From Pseudomonadota bacterium (lineage in GTDB: Bacteria > Pseudomonadota > Alphaproteobacteria > Rhizobiales > Beijerinckiaceae), in assembly GCA_023422485.1 (NCBI GenBank), contig JAGTAM010000687.1, positions 1 to 56,043 of the forward strand: a stretch of 56,043 bases of DNA, in the 5' to 3' direction. The notes under the pieces were generated by a model. It had not been told where the DNA came from and did not search any database. It worked only from the letters and a program-made list of their open reading frames with translations. This document shows, piece after piece, positions 31,156 through 43,915 of this stretch (position 1 is its first letter; the number at the start of each line of letters is the position of its first letter). The translations under genes were made by a program, and so were the position numbers.

Positions 31156-31365
31156 ATGACACAGGAGGAGTTTGTAGGGCGTTTGGCATTGCTACGACCG
31201 CGTGATGCTTACACGGTAGATTATTCCACTTTCGAGCAGATATTTTTTCGGGTCGCTGAGGACGACAGCGCACTGACCCGATGTGAAATTTTGGCTAAAA
31301 CGCATGGTTGCACCGTCGTCCATGACCGACCAAACCAGCTTTTCCGCTTCATTCGCGTAGCCTAA
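31156..31365 (+). CDS. Small hypothetical protein (69 aa)
   Basis: AAAGGG RBS; MTQEEFVGRLALLRPRDAYTVDY...HGCTVVHDRPNQLFRFIR. Confidence 0.6.
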   Translation: MTQEEFVGRLALLRPRDAYTVDYSTFEQIFFRVAEDDSALTRCEILAKTHGCTVVHDRPNQLFRFIRVA

Positions 31366-31559
31366 CTCTGAGAACCTTAGCTGACCGGCATTGGCTGGGG
31401 CTCGAAATACACCGCGACGCTCCGCTATCCACAGCACGGACATCGCGGCCGGCTGGCGAGAATTGCCAGCGGACGTGGCGCTCGTATGGGCACACCAACT
31501 TTGCGGCTTACGTCCTTGATGAGACGAGTAACGGCCTCGGCGCGAACACAAACCAGCGC

Positions 31560-31823
31560 CTCTGGATATTGCGCTGCTCTATGAACGTCCACGGTGGGCT
31601 GGCGGAGCAGCGATGGTGAACTTCACCGACATCATACTCTAATCAAGCTGGTTCATACCGCGAACCGCAAGCTGGTGAACGGCATGCACGATGAGGGATT
31701 TTTCTGACCAACAAGGCGCGATATGTATGCCGCGGGGAAGCGATGGTCATCGCAATTGCTGCCGGTCAGATCGAAAAGGGGCGATTCAACAACAAGCTTC
31801 TGTTCTCGGAAGACCTCTGGTGA
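31560..31823 (+). pseudogene. Phage-type hypothetical protein remnant
   Basis: EGF(+1)LTNKARYVCRGEAMVIAIAAGQI...LFSEDLW* matches a phage protein pattern (GFLT..RFV.R.EA..IA..AGQ..LFSEDLW) recalled from memory; 5' limit approximate. Confidence 0.5.
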
Positions 31824-32042
31824 CCGCACCAACGCAAGCCCAGATTTAACGGTAGCTTGACCCAGTCACTGAACAGAATGGAAAGCGCACGATCGCAATC
31901 TTCGCAATGCGCTCGGCTCCTTGCTCCTGGGGTTGACGGAGCAAATGTTGCAAAGTATTCAAACGAAATGTCATCGCACCATCGAATATGAGCCGGCGGG
32001 CCCCAGACGAACTTCTGGGGAAGGGGATTTGCAGCCCTATAT

Positions 32043-32117
32043 CGGCCCGTAGCTAAATCGGTAGAGCCTCTACCTCATAAGTGGACCGGTGTAGGTCGAA
32101 CCCTGCTGGGGCGACCA
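32043..32117 (+). tRNA. Degenerate (pseudo) tRNA with CAT anticodon (Ile2/Met type)
   Basis: D-arm TAGCTAAATCGGTAGAGC; anticodon arm TCTAC-CTCATAA-GTGGA; T-arm GTAGG-TCGAAC-CCTGC one T short; G:G mismatch in acceptor stem; encoded CCA. Confidence 0.75.
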
Positions 32118-32467
32118 TCAAACCCAGCGCAAACTAAGTGCCGTCTTGCGCGTAAATTTCCCTAGCGACGCCCCACGATGACGTTCAAGCAGCTCTGATC
32201 TCCCCCCTAACCGCGATATCTGCACGTGTGCCCAGCCCATTTTCCCCACCGTCCCTGCATAATATGCGGGCGTGATGTCTTTTCATTCTCGCCTTAAGAG
32301 AAGTCCCTTGCAAAACTCAAAGTTGTGTTTATATTACTTTAATCGACCTTTGCTTGTGACGTCATTCAGAGCCAGTGTGCTCCGTCCGATTTCCCTCTCA
32401 AAATAAATCGATCCAATCCCGCAAGGCACCGCGGGAACCACAACGATTATTTCGAAAGGAAATCGTT

Positions 32468-32677
32468 ATGACTACCGGCACCGTTAAGTGGTTTAATCTC
32501 ACCAAAGGTTTTGGCTTCATTCAGCCGAATGATGGCGGCGCAGATGTTTTCGTCCACATCTCCGCTGTGGAGCGTGCAGGGATGCATTCGCTCGCAGAGG
32601 GCCAGAAGGTCCTTTACGAGATTGTGCAGGATCGCAAGACGGGCAAAAGCTCGGCGGGCAATCTTCAAGTCTCCTAA
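32468..32677 (+). CDS. cspA: Cold-shock protein
   Basis: [30 protein letters not shown]. Confidence 0.97.
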   Translation: MTTGTVKWFNLTKGFGFIQPNDGGADVFVHISAVERAGMHSLAEGQKVLYEIVQDRKTGKSSAGNLQVS

Positions 32678-32735
32678 CAATTTCATTCGCCCGGCTGACC
32701 ACGGATGTACTGGCAGCAGAGCTGAGTGACGCGAG

Positions 32736-32764
32736 AGGTCGGGTAGCACACACCCGACCTTTTT
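32736..32764 (+). terminator. Rho-independent terminator between cspA and the convergent recombinase
   Basis: AGGTCGGGT-N7-ACCCGACCT followed by TTTT. Confidence 0.75.
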
Positions 32765-33392
32765 ACTTTTTAGCGACGTCGCGTTCTTTCACGAGATCCG
32801 GCCGTCCGCCTTCCAGTTCCTTGGCATCACGCACCCGGCGCAATTCTCTGAACATCGTTGCCCTGGACACCTTCAGCATGGCCGCAACGTCGTGCGAGGA
32901 CAGCTCGCCTGCATCCAGGAGCTTGCGAGCTCTGACGACATCTGTTGGCTCCATCACGCGGCGGCGGCCTGGCAGTTTGCCCCGCGCCTTGGCGGCTGCG
33001 AGCCCGGCTCTAGTTCGTTCCAGGATCAGAGACCGCTCGAACTGTGCTACGGCGGCCATGATGTTGAGCACGAACTTACCGGTCGATCCCTTCGTGCTCA
33101 ATCCATCCTCAGTTGTGATGAAGTGGATGCTGCGCTTCTCCAGGTCCACGAGGATATTGACAAGGTGCGGCAGCGACCGGCCGATCCGGTCCAGCTTGAA
33201 GCACGCCAGAGTATCCCCTTGGTTGAGCACAGCGAGGGCCTTGGCGAGCTGAGGCCTATCATGGCGAGCGCCGGAAGCCTTCTCGACATAGATCTGTTCC
33301 GGCTCCACTCCCAATCGGCGAGCAGCATCAACCTGAGCGTTCAGGTTCTGATCTTTCGTACTGACCCGTGCATAAAACACCGTTTTAGCCAT
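32763..33392 (-). CDS. Serine recombinase (resolvase/invertase, Pin-like) with C-terminal HTH
   Basis: YARVST, KLDRIGRS, AQFERSLILERT, LPGRR; GAGG RBS. Confidence 0.93.
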   Translation of the reverse strand: MAKTVFYARVSTKDQNLNAQVDAARRLGVEPEQIYVEKASGARHDRPQLAKALAVLNQGDTLACFKLDRIGRSLPHLVNILVDLEKRSIHFITTEDGLSTKGSTGKFVLNIMAAVAQFERSLILERTRAGLAAAKARGKLPGRRRVMEPTDVVRARKLLDAGELSSHDVAAMLKVSRATMFRELRRVRDAKELEGGRPDLVKERDVAKK

Positions 33393-33409
33393 CGCCTTGC
33401 CCCTCGTCC

Positions 33410-33495
33410 GTTGAGACAGGATTTTGAGACTCATACATGCGCCAATTCTGACACCAGTCAATGAGACTGTAGCAAAAACGAAGGTTTTTGAGCTT
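33410..33495. other. Putative res/recombination site
   Basis: TGAGAC at 33412, 33425 and 33462; inverted repeat CAAAAAC-N4-GTTTTTG at 33473-33490, directly upstream of the recombinase. Confidence 0.55.
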
Positions 33496-33750
33496 CAACC
33501 TCAATTGGCTTATCGATCCGGTTGCAGAACGGTGCCCAGCAGCTGCGCGTGCAGACGGTAGGACGGCACGAGTTTTATGTCGGCGTGCCACCTACCGCAA
33601 ACTGGACACTAAGCATGTTCTGGCAACGAGCTTCGAGCTGTCGATCCAACGTCTCTGCAGTGTCAATGAGAAGCGGCGCTGGAACGCGCGAGACTGCCGT
33701 TCAGTCGACTTTTGATCGCTGACCCGACCTCAAACTAAGGCGTCGGTGTA

Positions 33751-34494
33751 TTAATTGATTGCTACCATCACAAATGTGCCGCGCCCACAAAGTCGCCGCG
33801 CGCCGGTTTTGAGGTTCTCAGCCAACAGTTCTACATAGATGGTCATCGAGCGGCGGCCTGATGTGACGAGGCGCGGGACCAATTCAATGACCTCCCCGTT
33901 CTGGACCTGACTGACGAAATCGACATGCTGCGATGAAACCAGCACCACGGCTTTGCGGCAATGCCGCGATGCGACCACGAAAGCGGACTTGGCCATGGCA
34001 GCAAGCGCATTGCCGCCATAAAGGCTGCCGTAGTGGCTGGTCTGCTCGGGAAAGACAAGCTCGACCATCCGCAGATCGCCGTCCTCGGACGTTGGCGCGA
34101 TCAGCAATGGCGGCAAGCGTCCGCCATAGGCAGAAAGTCCATCGCCGACGGCCACCATATTGAAGCGGCCACGCCCACACAGGCGCCGCTCGCCGGAAAG
34201 CGGGGCCTCCGCGATCATCTCCACTTCCGCCGACAGCGAACGCTTGCCGACACGAATAACGCGGCCGGACAGTTCGATGATTTCGCCGAGGTTAGCCGGG
34301 GCAGTGAAGTCGATCCTTTCGCACGAGGCCGTCACAAAATCCACCTTGGCATGGCGCGAGGCGGCGATGAACGCCACCTTATCCATGGAGGCCAATCCGA
34401 CGCCACCAAACATCGTACCGTGGTGATTGGTATCGCCAGGAAAAACGATATCGATCAGCCGCGTTACGGGCTGCGAAGGACCTGCCGCACTCAT
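33751..34494 (-). CDS. Double hotdog acyl-CoA thioesterase (YciA-like)
   Basis: VFPGDTNHHGTMFGG..MD and VFPEQTSHYGSLYGG repeats; ATGA overlap with the metE stop. Confidence 0.9.
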   Translation of the reverse strand: MSAAGPSQPVTRLIDIVFPGDTNHHGTMFGGVGLASMDKVAFIAASRHAKVDFVTASCERIDFTAPANLGEIIELSGRVIRVGKRSLSAEVEMIAEAPLSGERRLCGRGRFNMVAVGDGLSAYGGRLPPLLIAPTSEDGDLRMVELVFPEQTSHYGSLYGGNALAAMAKSAFVVASRHCRKAVVLVSSQHVDFVSQVQNGEVIELVPRLVTSGRRSMTIYVELLAENLKTGARRLCGRGTFVMVAIN

Positions 34495-36842
34495 TCGGCT
34501 GCCCCAGGAGTGCCAGCCCGCAGCCGCCGCGCTGCCGCGACCATGTTTTCCAATGCCGGCTTCACTTCCTCCCATTTGCGCGTCTTGAGACCGCAATCGG
34601 GATTGACCCAGATCTGCTCGGGCGCCAGTCGCTCTTTCGCCTTCTCCAGCAACCGGATCATGTCATCCACACTCGGGCATCGCGGTGAGTGAATGTCATA
34701 GACACCTGGTCCGATCTCGTTGGGATATTTGAACTGGGAGAAGGCTTCCAACAACTCCATGTCGGACCGCGACGTCTCAATAGAGATCACGTCGGCATCG
34801 AGGGCCGCGATGGAGGGCATGATGTCGTTGAACTCGCAGTAGCACATGTGCGTGTGGATCTGCGTGTCGTCGGCGACGCCAGCGGCGCTGAGGCGGAAGC
34901 AATCCACCGCCCACGTGAGATAGGCGTCCCAATCCGCCTTGCGCAGCGGCAATCCCTCGCGCAGCGCAGGTTCGTCAATCTGGATGAGGCGGATTCCCGC
35001 TTTCTCCAGGTCGACAACCTCGTCGCGGATAGCAAGCGCAATCTGTTTGCACGTCTCCGAACGCGGCTGGTCATCACGCACGAACGACCACTGCAGGATC
35101 GTGACAGGTCCCGTCAGCATGCCTTTCATCGGCTTGGTGGTGAGGGACTGTGCGTAAGCCGACCATTTCACGGTCATCGGCTGCGGCCGGGTGACATCGC
35201 CGAAGATCACCGGCGGCTTGACGTAGCGAGATCCATACGACTGCACCCAGCCATTCTGGGAGAAAGCGAAGCCCGCGAGTTTCTCGCCAAAGTACTCGAC
35301 CATGTCGTTGCGCTCGAACTCGCCATGCACGAGCACGTCGATACCCAGTTGCTCCTGAATGCGGACGGCATTCTCCGTTTCTTTCTCCAGGAATGCTTCG
35401 TAGACGGCATCCGTCATCTCGCCCTTGCGGTGTGCCGCGCGCGCCTTGCGGATTTCCGTCGTCTGCGGGAATGAACCGATCGTTGTGGTTGGGAATGCCG
35501 ACAGCGGCAGGCGGGCCTTCTGCTTGGCGCGGCGCTGGTCAAATGCACTCTGCCGCTCCAACTCCTTGGCGGAGACGGCAGCCATGCGCTGAGCGACAGC
35601 CGGATTATGAATCCGAGCAGATGCGCGCCGGCTGCTGGCTGCGCTGTCACTGACATTAAATGCAGCTTCGACGCTCTCTTTCCCGTTGGTGGCGGCAGAG
35701 GCAAGCGTCACCGCTTCACTCAGCTTTTGCTTAGAGTATGCCATCCAGCTTTTCAGCTGAGCATCGAGTTTGGTTTCGCCATCCAGATCGACCGGCGCGT
35801 GGATCAGAGAGCACGATGGCGCAATTTGCAAAGCGTTCGTACCGCGCGCGGCGAGCGCCGTCTCGATCAGTGCAAAAGTCTTCTGCAGATCGTTGCGCCA
35901 GATGTTGCGGCCATCGACGACGCCAAGTGACAGGGTGCGCTCCGCAGGCAGGGTTTTTAGAATGCGGCCGAGCTCACTCTGTCCGCGCACAAGATCTACG
36001 TGATGCCCCTCCACGGGAAGATCAGCAGCTACGGCCAGATTGTCGCCATAGGCACCGAAATAGCTCGCAAGCATGATCTTAGGCGCGGATGCTACGAGCT
36101 GCTTATAGGCTAGCCGCAGTGCCCGCTTTTGGGCTTGGGATAGATCAAGAGCGAGAACTGGCTCGTCCATCTGGACCCATTCGGCACCAGCTGCTTTCAG
36201 CCCCGCCAAAAGTTCAGCATATACCGGAAGCACGGCTTCAAGCAGAGTAATGGGATCGAACTCTTCACCCTTGGCCTTGCCGAGCGTGAGGTAGGTGACC
36301 GGGCCGATGAGAACCGGCCGCGTCAAAATTCCAAGGGCCTTTGCTTCGTTGAATTCATCAATCGGCTTGCGCGACGAGAGAGAGAACGTCTGGCCTTTAT
36401 GAAATTCCGGAACGATATAGTGATAGTTCGTATCAAACCATTTCGTCATTTCCATCGCCGGAGCGCTTTTGCTGCCGCGCGCCATTGCGAAATAGAGATC
36501 GAGCGCGTGCTGCCCAGCGCCGCGTGCTGCCTGCTCCATGGCTGCTCGCGCGGTGCCATTTGCATGCGTCGGCTGTGACGACACATCTTTCAGGAAACGC
36601 CCCGGGACCGCACCGAGCGTGGCGGACATATCGAGCATCTGATCGTAGAATGAAAAGTCATTGGACGGGATGACAGCCACGCCCGCATCGCGCTGCAATT
36701 TCCAGTGCCGGGCACGCAGCTCGGCACCCATTGCAAGGAGCGCTGGCGCGTCGATATCGCCTTTCCAATAGGCCTCCGTAGCCTGCTTGAGTTCGCGCCT
36801 GAAGCCGATACGTGGAAAACCGAGATTGGCAGCTTGGATCAT
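34491..36842 (-). CDS. metE: Cobalamin-independent methionine synthase
   Basis: NLGFPRIG, MTKWFDTNYHY, PTTTIGSFPQ, HGEFERNDMVEYF, HTHMCY, WVNPDCGLKTR. Confidence 0.98.
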   Translation of the reverse strand: MIQAANLGFPRIGFRRELKQATEAYWKGDIDAPALLAMGAELRARHWKLQRDAGVAVIPSNDFSFYDQMLDMSATLGAVPGRFLKDVSSQPTHANGTARAAMEQAARGAGQHALDLYFAMARGSKSAPAMEMTKWFDTNYHYIVPEFHKGQTFSLSSRKPIDEFNEAKALGILTRPVLIGPVTYLTLGKAKGEEFDPITLLEAVLPVYAELLAGLKAAGAEWVQMDEPVLALDLSQAQKRALRLAYKQLVASAPKIMLASYFGAYGDNLAVAADLPVEGHHVDLVRGQSELGRILKTLPAERTLSLGVVDGRNIWRNDLQKTFALIETALAARGTNALQIAPSCSLIHAPVDLDGETKLDAQLKSWMAYSKQKLSEAVTLASAATNGKESVEAAFNVSDSAASSRRASARIHNPAVAQRMAAVSAKELERQSAFDQRRAKQKARLPLSAFPTTTIGSFPQTTEIRKARAAHRKGEMTDAVYEAFLEKETENAVRIQEQLGIDVLVHGEFERNDMVEYFGEKLAGFAFSQNGWVQSYGSRYVKPPVIFGDVTRPQPMTVKWSAYAQSLTTKPMKGMLTGPVTILQWSFVRDDQPRSETCKQIALAIRDEVVDLEKAGIRLIQIDEPALREGLPLRKADWDAYLTWAVDCFRLSAAGVADDTQIHTHMCYCEFNDIMPSIAALDADVISIETSRSDMELLEAFSQFKYPNEIGPGVYDIHSPRCPSVDDMIRLLEKAKERLAPEQIWVNPDCGLKTRKWEEVKPALENMVAAARRLRAGTPGAAE

Positions 36843-36854
36843 GATGTTCTTTCC

Positions 36855-37250
36855 TTATTTCGATATGTGTGGGGTGCCGCCCATGTGGGCGCGGCCATGG
36901 GAAGCGATGAATTGAAGAAGAGTGATGATGCGGTGCTGACGCGCTGATAACCCACAGCCAAACCTTGGGCGTAAACGCGCAGACAGGATCGCGGCGGTCG
37001 ACGGCACATCAACGGATGTCGGCAGCAAGGCGAGCCACGCGAGCACGCACGTAACTGCATCTTCCGCGCCGAAGCGGCCACGAAAGGCAGTTTCAATCAG
37101 GCGGCCCGGATCGGTCTGATCATCGTCAGGCGCTGCGCGCGCGCCAAAGACGTGCGCGCGAGCTTGCGGCGCACATCCATGTGGATGCGCACCATGGCGA
37201 CGTTCGATACGTGACTGATCCGGCCGCGACACGCGTCGCGGTAAAGCCAT
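36855..37250 (-). CDS. Hypothetical protein, first gene of the metE operon
   Basis: ORF between the riboswitch and metE; DPGRLIETAF...AEDAVTCVLAWLALLP. Confidence 0.65.
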   Translation of the reverse strand: MALPRRVSRPDQSRIERRHGAHPHGCAPQARAHVFGARAAPDDDQTDPGRLIETAFRGRFGAEDAVTCVLAWLALLPTSVDVPSTAAILSARLRPRFGCGLSARQHRIITLLQFIASHGRAHMGGTPHISK

Positions 37251-37371
37251 TTGTCAGATCGTCTGAATGGAATAAGTGCGGATTAACGCGTCAGGTGCCG
37301 GATAAGCACGCGGCTGATGAATCATCGCTCGACCTCCGCCGATACACCCCGACCGGCTCGTATGGGGTTAA

Positions 37372-37545
37372 ACCGGCGGTAGGTCTCCTGGCTCGCGGGC
37401 GCTGAGTGCTCGCCTTCCCGGAGTATCCACTCCAGTGGCTCGATGAGCACTCTTCACCGCTTACAGTTGCGGGGACAGCTTCGGACTTGCGGGTTTCCCC
37501 GTTCACCGAATTCCCTGTTATCCCCTCGCGGGGACCGTCGGCCTC
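37372..37545 (-). ncRNA. Cobalamin riboswitch (metE operon)
   Basis: Minus strand: ACAGGGAATTCGGTG, GCTGTCCCCGCAACTGTAAGCG, GCCACTG...GGGAAGGC, GAGCCAGGAGACCT (B12 box). Confidence 0.95.
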
Positions 37546-37581
37546 GCTGCTGTAGCAAACGACTGCGGTCCTGTCGAGGTC

Positions 37582-38718
37582 TCAATCCCAGCTCAGTGCG
37601 CCGCCATTCTGGTATTCGATGACGCGAGTTTCGAAGAAGTTTTTCTCCTTCTTGAGGTCCATTGCCTCCGACATCCACGGGAACGGGTTCTCGCTATCCT
37701 TGAAGACCGGCGTCAGACCAAGCTGCGCGCAACGGCGATTAGCGATGAAGTGCATGTATTGCTCGCACAGCGCCGCGTTGAGACCGAGGAAACCGCGAGG
37801 CATCGTATCGCGCCCATAAGCCGCTTCCAGCTCGGCTGCTTCGCGTAACATGCCGCGGATTTCGTCCTGGAACGACTTGGTCCAAAGATGCGGGTTCTCA
37901 GCCTTGATTTGATTGATGACATCGATGCCGAAGTTCAAATGAATGCTCTCGTCGCGCAGGATGTACTGATACTGCTCGGCGATGCCGACCATTTTGTTGC
38001 GTCGGCCGAGCGACAAAATCTGCGCGAAACCGGTGTAGAACCACATCCCTTCGAACACGACGTAGAAGGCGACGAGGTCCTTGAGGAAGCTTTGATCAGC
38101 TTCCGGTGTGCCGGTGGCGAAGTTGGCATCGTCGAGGTTCTTCGTGTGCTTCAGTGCCCAGGCTGCCTTGTCGGTGATCGAGGGCACTTCACGGTACATG
38201 TTGAACAACTCGCCTTCATCCAGGCCGAGGCTTTCGACGATGTACTGGAAGGTGTGCGTGTGCACGGCTTCCTCGAACGCCTGACGCAGCAGGTACTGAC
38301 GGCATTCCGGGTTGGTCAGATGACGATAGATCGCCAGCACGATGTTGTTCGCGACCAGAGATTCCGACGCGGCGAAGAAGCCAAGATTGCGTTTGATGGT
38401 ACGGCGCTCATCGTCGGTCAGGCCGTCGCGCGACTTCCACAGCGCGATATCGGCCTGCATGGAAACTTCGGTCGGCATCCAGTGATTGTTGCAGCCGGCG
38501 AGATACTTCTCCCAGGCCCAGGTGTATTTCAGCGGCAGGAGTTGGTTCACGTCGGCGCGGCAGTTGATCATACGCTTGTCGTCGACGGAGACGCGCGCTG
38601 CGCCGCGATCAATTTCTCCTAAGCCGGTTGAGTCAGCGGGCACAGCCGGAGTTTTAATTGGCTGCTTGCGCGGTGCCGGATTGGTTGCGGGCGTGGCTGG
38701 TTCGGACCAGTCGAGCAT
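37582..38718 (-). CDS. nrdB: Ribonucleotide reductase beta subunit, class Ic (R2c)-type
   Basis: [48 protein letters not shown]. Confidence 0.95.
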   Translation of the reverse strand: MLDWSEPATPATNPAPRKQPIKTPAVPADSTGLGEIDRGAARVSVDDKRMINCRADVNQLLPLKYTWAWEKYLAGCNNHWMPTEVSMQADIALWKSRDGLTDDERRTIKRNLGFFAASESLVANNIVLAIYRHLTNPECRQYLLRQAFEEAVHTHTFQYIVESLGLDEGELFNMYREVPSITDKAAWALKHTKNLDDANFATGTPEADQSFLKDLVAFYVVFEGMWFYTGFAQILSLGRRNKMVGIAEQYQYILRDESIHLNFGIDVINQIKAENPHLWTKSFQDEIRGMLREAAELEAAYGRDTMPRGFLGLNAALCEQYMHFIANRRCAQLGLTPVFKDSENPFPWMSEAMDLKKEKNFFETRVIEYQNGGALSWD

Positions 38719-38884
38719 CGAGTATTCTCCAGGATATAATCGCAATTCAAAGTAAGGAATTCATCGCCTCCCATGGTGGGAGAGGGATGGAGCACAAGGG
38801 AAAACCGCGTTGGTTCGCCTTTCGTCGCTCCAACCCTCGCCCGTGCTGCACTCAAAAGGGGGGGGGATGCAGCATTCGCGCGAG

Positions 38885-41773
<2,889 letters not shown>

Positions 41774-41899
41774 TTCAGCATACCCCTAAATCTTGAAGGG
41801 GGCATGGGCCGAGCGGACGCGTGCGAAGAATGGCGCAAAACAGCGCCCACAGACCTGCAAGCGACCACCGGGACACCCCGCCCGAGGACGTTATTCGCT

Positions 41900-42091
41900 T
41901 GTCGCGGCAGGTCTCCTGGCTCGCGGGTCGTCGCTATTGTCTGGCCTTCCCGATGCAACAGGCATCAGTGACACGGGTCGACAACAGCTCGCCGCTTACA
42001 GTTGCGGGGGCAGCCCCGGAATCGCCTGGAAAATCAGGCTCACCGGGTTCCCTCTTAGCTCAGGACCAAACGGGCCCCGAGAACCTCGACA
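41900..42091 (-). ncRNA. Cobalamin riboswitch (nrdAB)
   Basis: Minus strand: AAGAGGGAACCCGGTG, GCTGCCCCCGCAACTGTAAGCG, TCACTG...GGGAAGGC, GAGCCAGGAGACCTGCC. Confidence 0.95.
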
Positions 42092-42105
42092 TCCATATCT
42101 AGTTG
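42090..42105. promoter_or_regulatory. Putative NrdR box
   Basis: CATCCATATCTAGTTG resembles acaCwAtATaTwGtgt, at the 5' edge of the nrdA riboswitch. Confidence 0.5.
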
Positions 42106-42259
42106 GTGATTCTGGTTCATTGCGCAATGGGTCGTAGGGCGGTTCCATGACACCAACAGGGAACCCACAGCAAATCCACAACACGTCCCCCGTGCCACCG
42201 TTGCTGAGTGCGGGTGCATCCTTCCGCAAACACGCACATGAAACGCCGTAAATCATCTC

Positions 42260-42287
42260 GTCGAAATATCCTCTGGAATATAGCGAT
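42260..42287. promoter_or_regulatory. ModE-type operator upstream of modA
   Basis: TCGAAATAT-N8-ATATAGCGAT dyad, similar to the Mo-box consensus. Confidence 0.7.
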
Positions 42288-42343
42288 GGATCGGGTATTC
42301 CTATCTCCCGATTGCTGTGTAGAGCCTGCGGGCGGTTGGGAGG

Positions 42344-43150
42344 ATGAGGATGTTGATCGGAAGACGAAAGGGACTTCTCGGGTTCGCTGGCCTGCTGGCC
42401 GCAGCGCTGTTGACCACCGGCCCGCTGACGACGGTAGCGCGCGCCCAGAGCGGCGACGTCGTCGTGTTCGCGGCGGCCAGCATGAAGAACGCGCTCGACG
42501 CCATCAATGCGGCTTGGCAGAAGGAGAGCGGCAAGAAGGCGGCGATCTCGTATGCGAGCAGCTCGGCTCTGGCCAAGCAGATCGAAAGCGGTGCCCCGGC
42601 CCAGGTGTTCATCTCCGCCGATCTCGACTGGATGGACTACGTCGAAAAGAAGAACCTCATCAAGGCTGATACGCGGTCCAATCTGCTCGGAAATCGCATC
42701 GTTCTGATCGCGCCGAAGGATAAGGCGCAGCCCATCGACATCAAGCCGGGCTTCGATCTGGCGAAAGTGCTGGGTGATGGGCGACTGGCGATGGGCAATG
42801 TCGACGCCGTGCCCGCCGGCAAGTACGGTAAGGCGGCACTGGAGAAGCTCGGCGTCTGGGATAAGGTCGCCAATAAGGTCGCGCAGTCAGAAAATGTGCG
42901 TGCTGCGCTGCTGCTGGTGTCACGCGGCGAAGCTGCCGCCGGTATCGTTTATCAGACCGATGCCGCCGCCGATCCTAACGTAACGATCATCGGTACGTTT
43001 CCGGAAGATACGCATCCGCCGATCATCTATCCGGCAGCTTTGACGGCTGACGCAAAGTCGCCTGACGCCGCCGCTTTCCTGGACTATATGAAGTCGGCGA
43101 AGGCAAAACCGCTTTTCGAAGCCCAAGGCTTCACGGTATTGACCAAGTGA
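42344..43150 (+). CDS. modA: Molybdate ABC transporter substrate-binding protein
   Basis: Signal peptide, VFAAASM, ASSSALAKQI, VPAGKYG, GIVYQTDA. Confidence 0.96.
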   Translation: MRMLIGRRKGLLGFAGLLAAALLTTGPLTTVARAQSGDVVVFAAASMKNALDAINAAWQKESGKKAAISYASSSALAKQIESGAPAQVFISADLDWMDYVEKKNLIKADTRSNLLGNRIVLIAPKDKAQPIDIKPGFDLAKVLGDGRLAMGNVDAVPAGKYGKAALEKLGVWDKVANKVAQSENVRAALLLVSRGEAAAGIVYQTDAAADPNVTIIGTFPEDTHPPIIYPAALTADAKSPDAAAFLDYMKSAKAKPLFEAQGFTVLTK

Positions 43151-43213
43151 GTTGTGCTGCGGCGGCCTGACATGACCGGCGATTTCGCGAGCTGAGGATA
43201 GCTGTTGTTTTCC

Positions 43214-43915
43214 ATGGAATGGATGGCTCTCAGCCCGGAGGAATGGACGGCCGTTCATCTAAGCCTCAAGGTGGCGACCGTCGCCACCTTGTTCAGTCTA
43301 CCGATCGGTATCGCGGTGGCCTTGGTGCTCGCGCGATATCGTTTCTGGGGCCATTCGCTGTTGAATGGCCTCGTGCTCATGCCACTGATCCTGCCACCTG
43401 TCGTAACCGGCTATCTTCTGCTGATCCTATTTGGGCGGCGAGGGCCGATTGGCAGTTTCCTGGCTGACTATTTCGGCATCGTATTTTCATTTCGCTGGAC
43501 CGGAGCGGCGCTGGCTTGCGGCGTCATGGGATTCCCGCTGCTCGTCCGCGCCATTCGTTTGTCGATCGAAGCTGTCGATAGCCGATTGGAGGAAGCGGCG
43601 GGGACGCTCGGCGCCAATCGCGCGTGGGTGTTTTTTACGGTCACGCTGCCGCTCATTGTTCCAGGTATTCTCGCGGGGATGGTGCTGTGCTTCGCCAAGG
43701 CCATGGGCGAGTTCGGCGCAACGATCACGTTCGTCTCGAACATTCCCGGCGAGACGCAAACTTTGCCATCGGCCATCTATACGTTCACTCAGGTGCCCGG
43801 CGGTGACCTGGGTGCACTGCGGCTGACGATCATCTCCGTGTTTATCGCGATGGTGGCGTTGATCGCCTCTGAGGTCATGGCGCGCGCTGCTAACCGTCGC
43901 CTGGATATCGAGTGA
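43214..43915 (+). CDS. modB: Molybdate ABC transporter permease
   Basis: PLILPPVVTG, LEEAAGTLGA, MGEFGATI, NIPGET. Confidence 0.96.
   Translation: MEWMALSPEEWTAVHLSLKVATVATLFSLPIGIAVALVLARYRFWGHSLLNGLVLMPLILPPVVTGYLLLILFGRRGPIGSFLADYFGIVFSFRWTGAALACGVMGFPLLVRAIRLSIEAVDSRLEEAAGTLGANRAWVFFTVTLPLIVPGILAGMVLCFAKAMGEFGATITFVSNIPGETQTLPSAIYTFTQVPGGDLGALRLTIISVFIAMVALIASEVMARAANRRLDIE

Noticed and set aside
38760..38880. GGGAGAGGG-type hairpins between nrdA and nrdB
   Set aside because: Degenerate and seen only once in the window; cannot be supported as a repeat family member or attenuator
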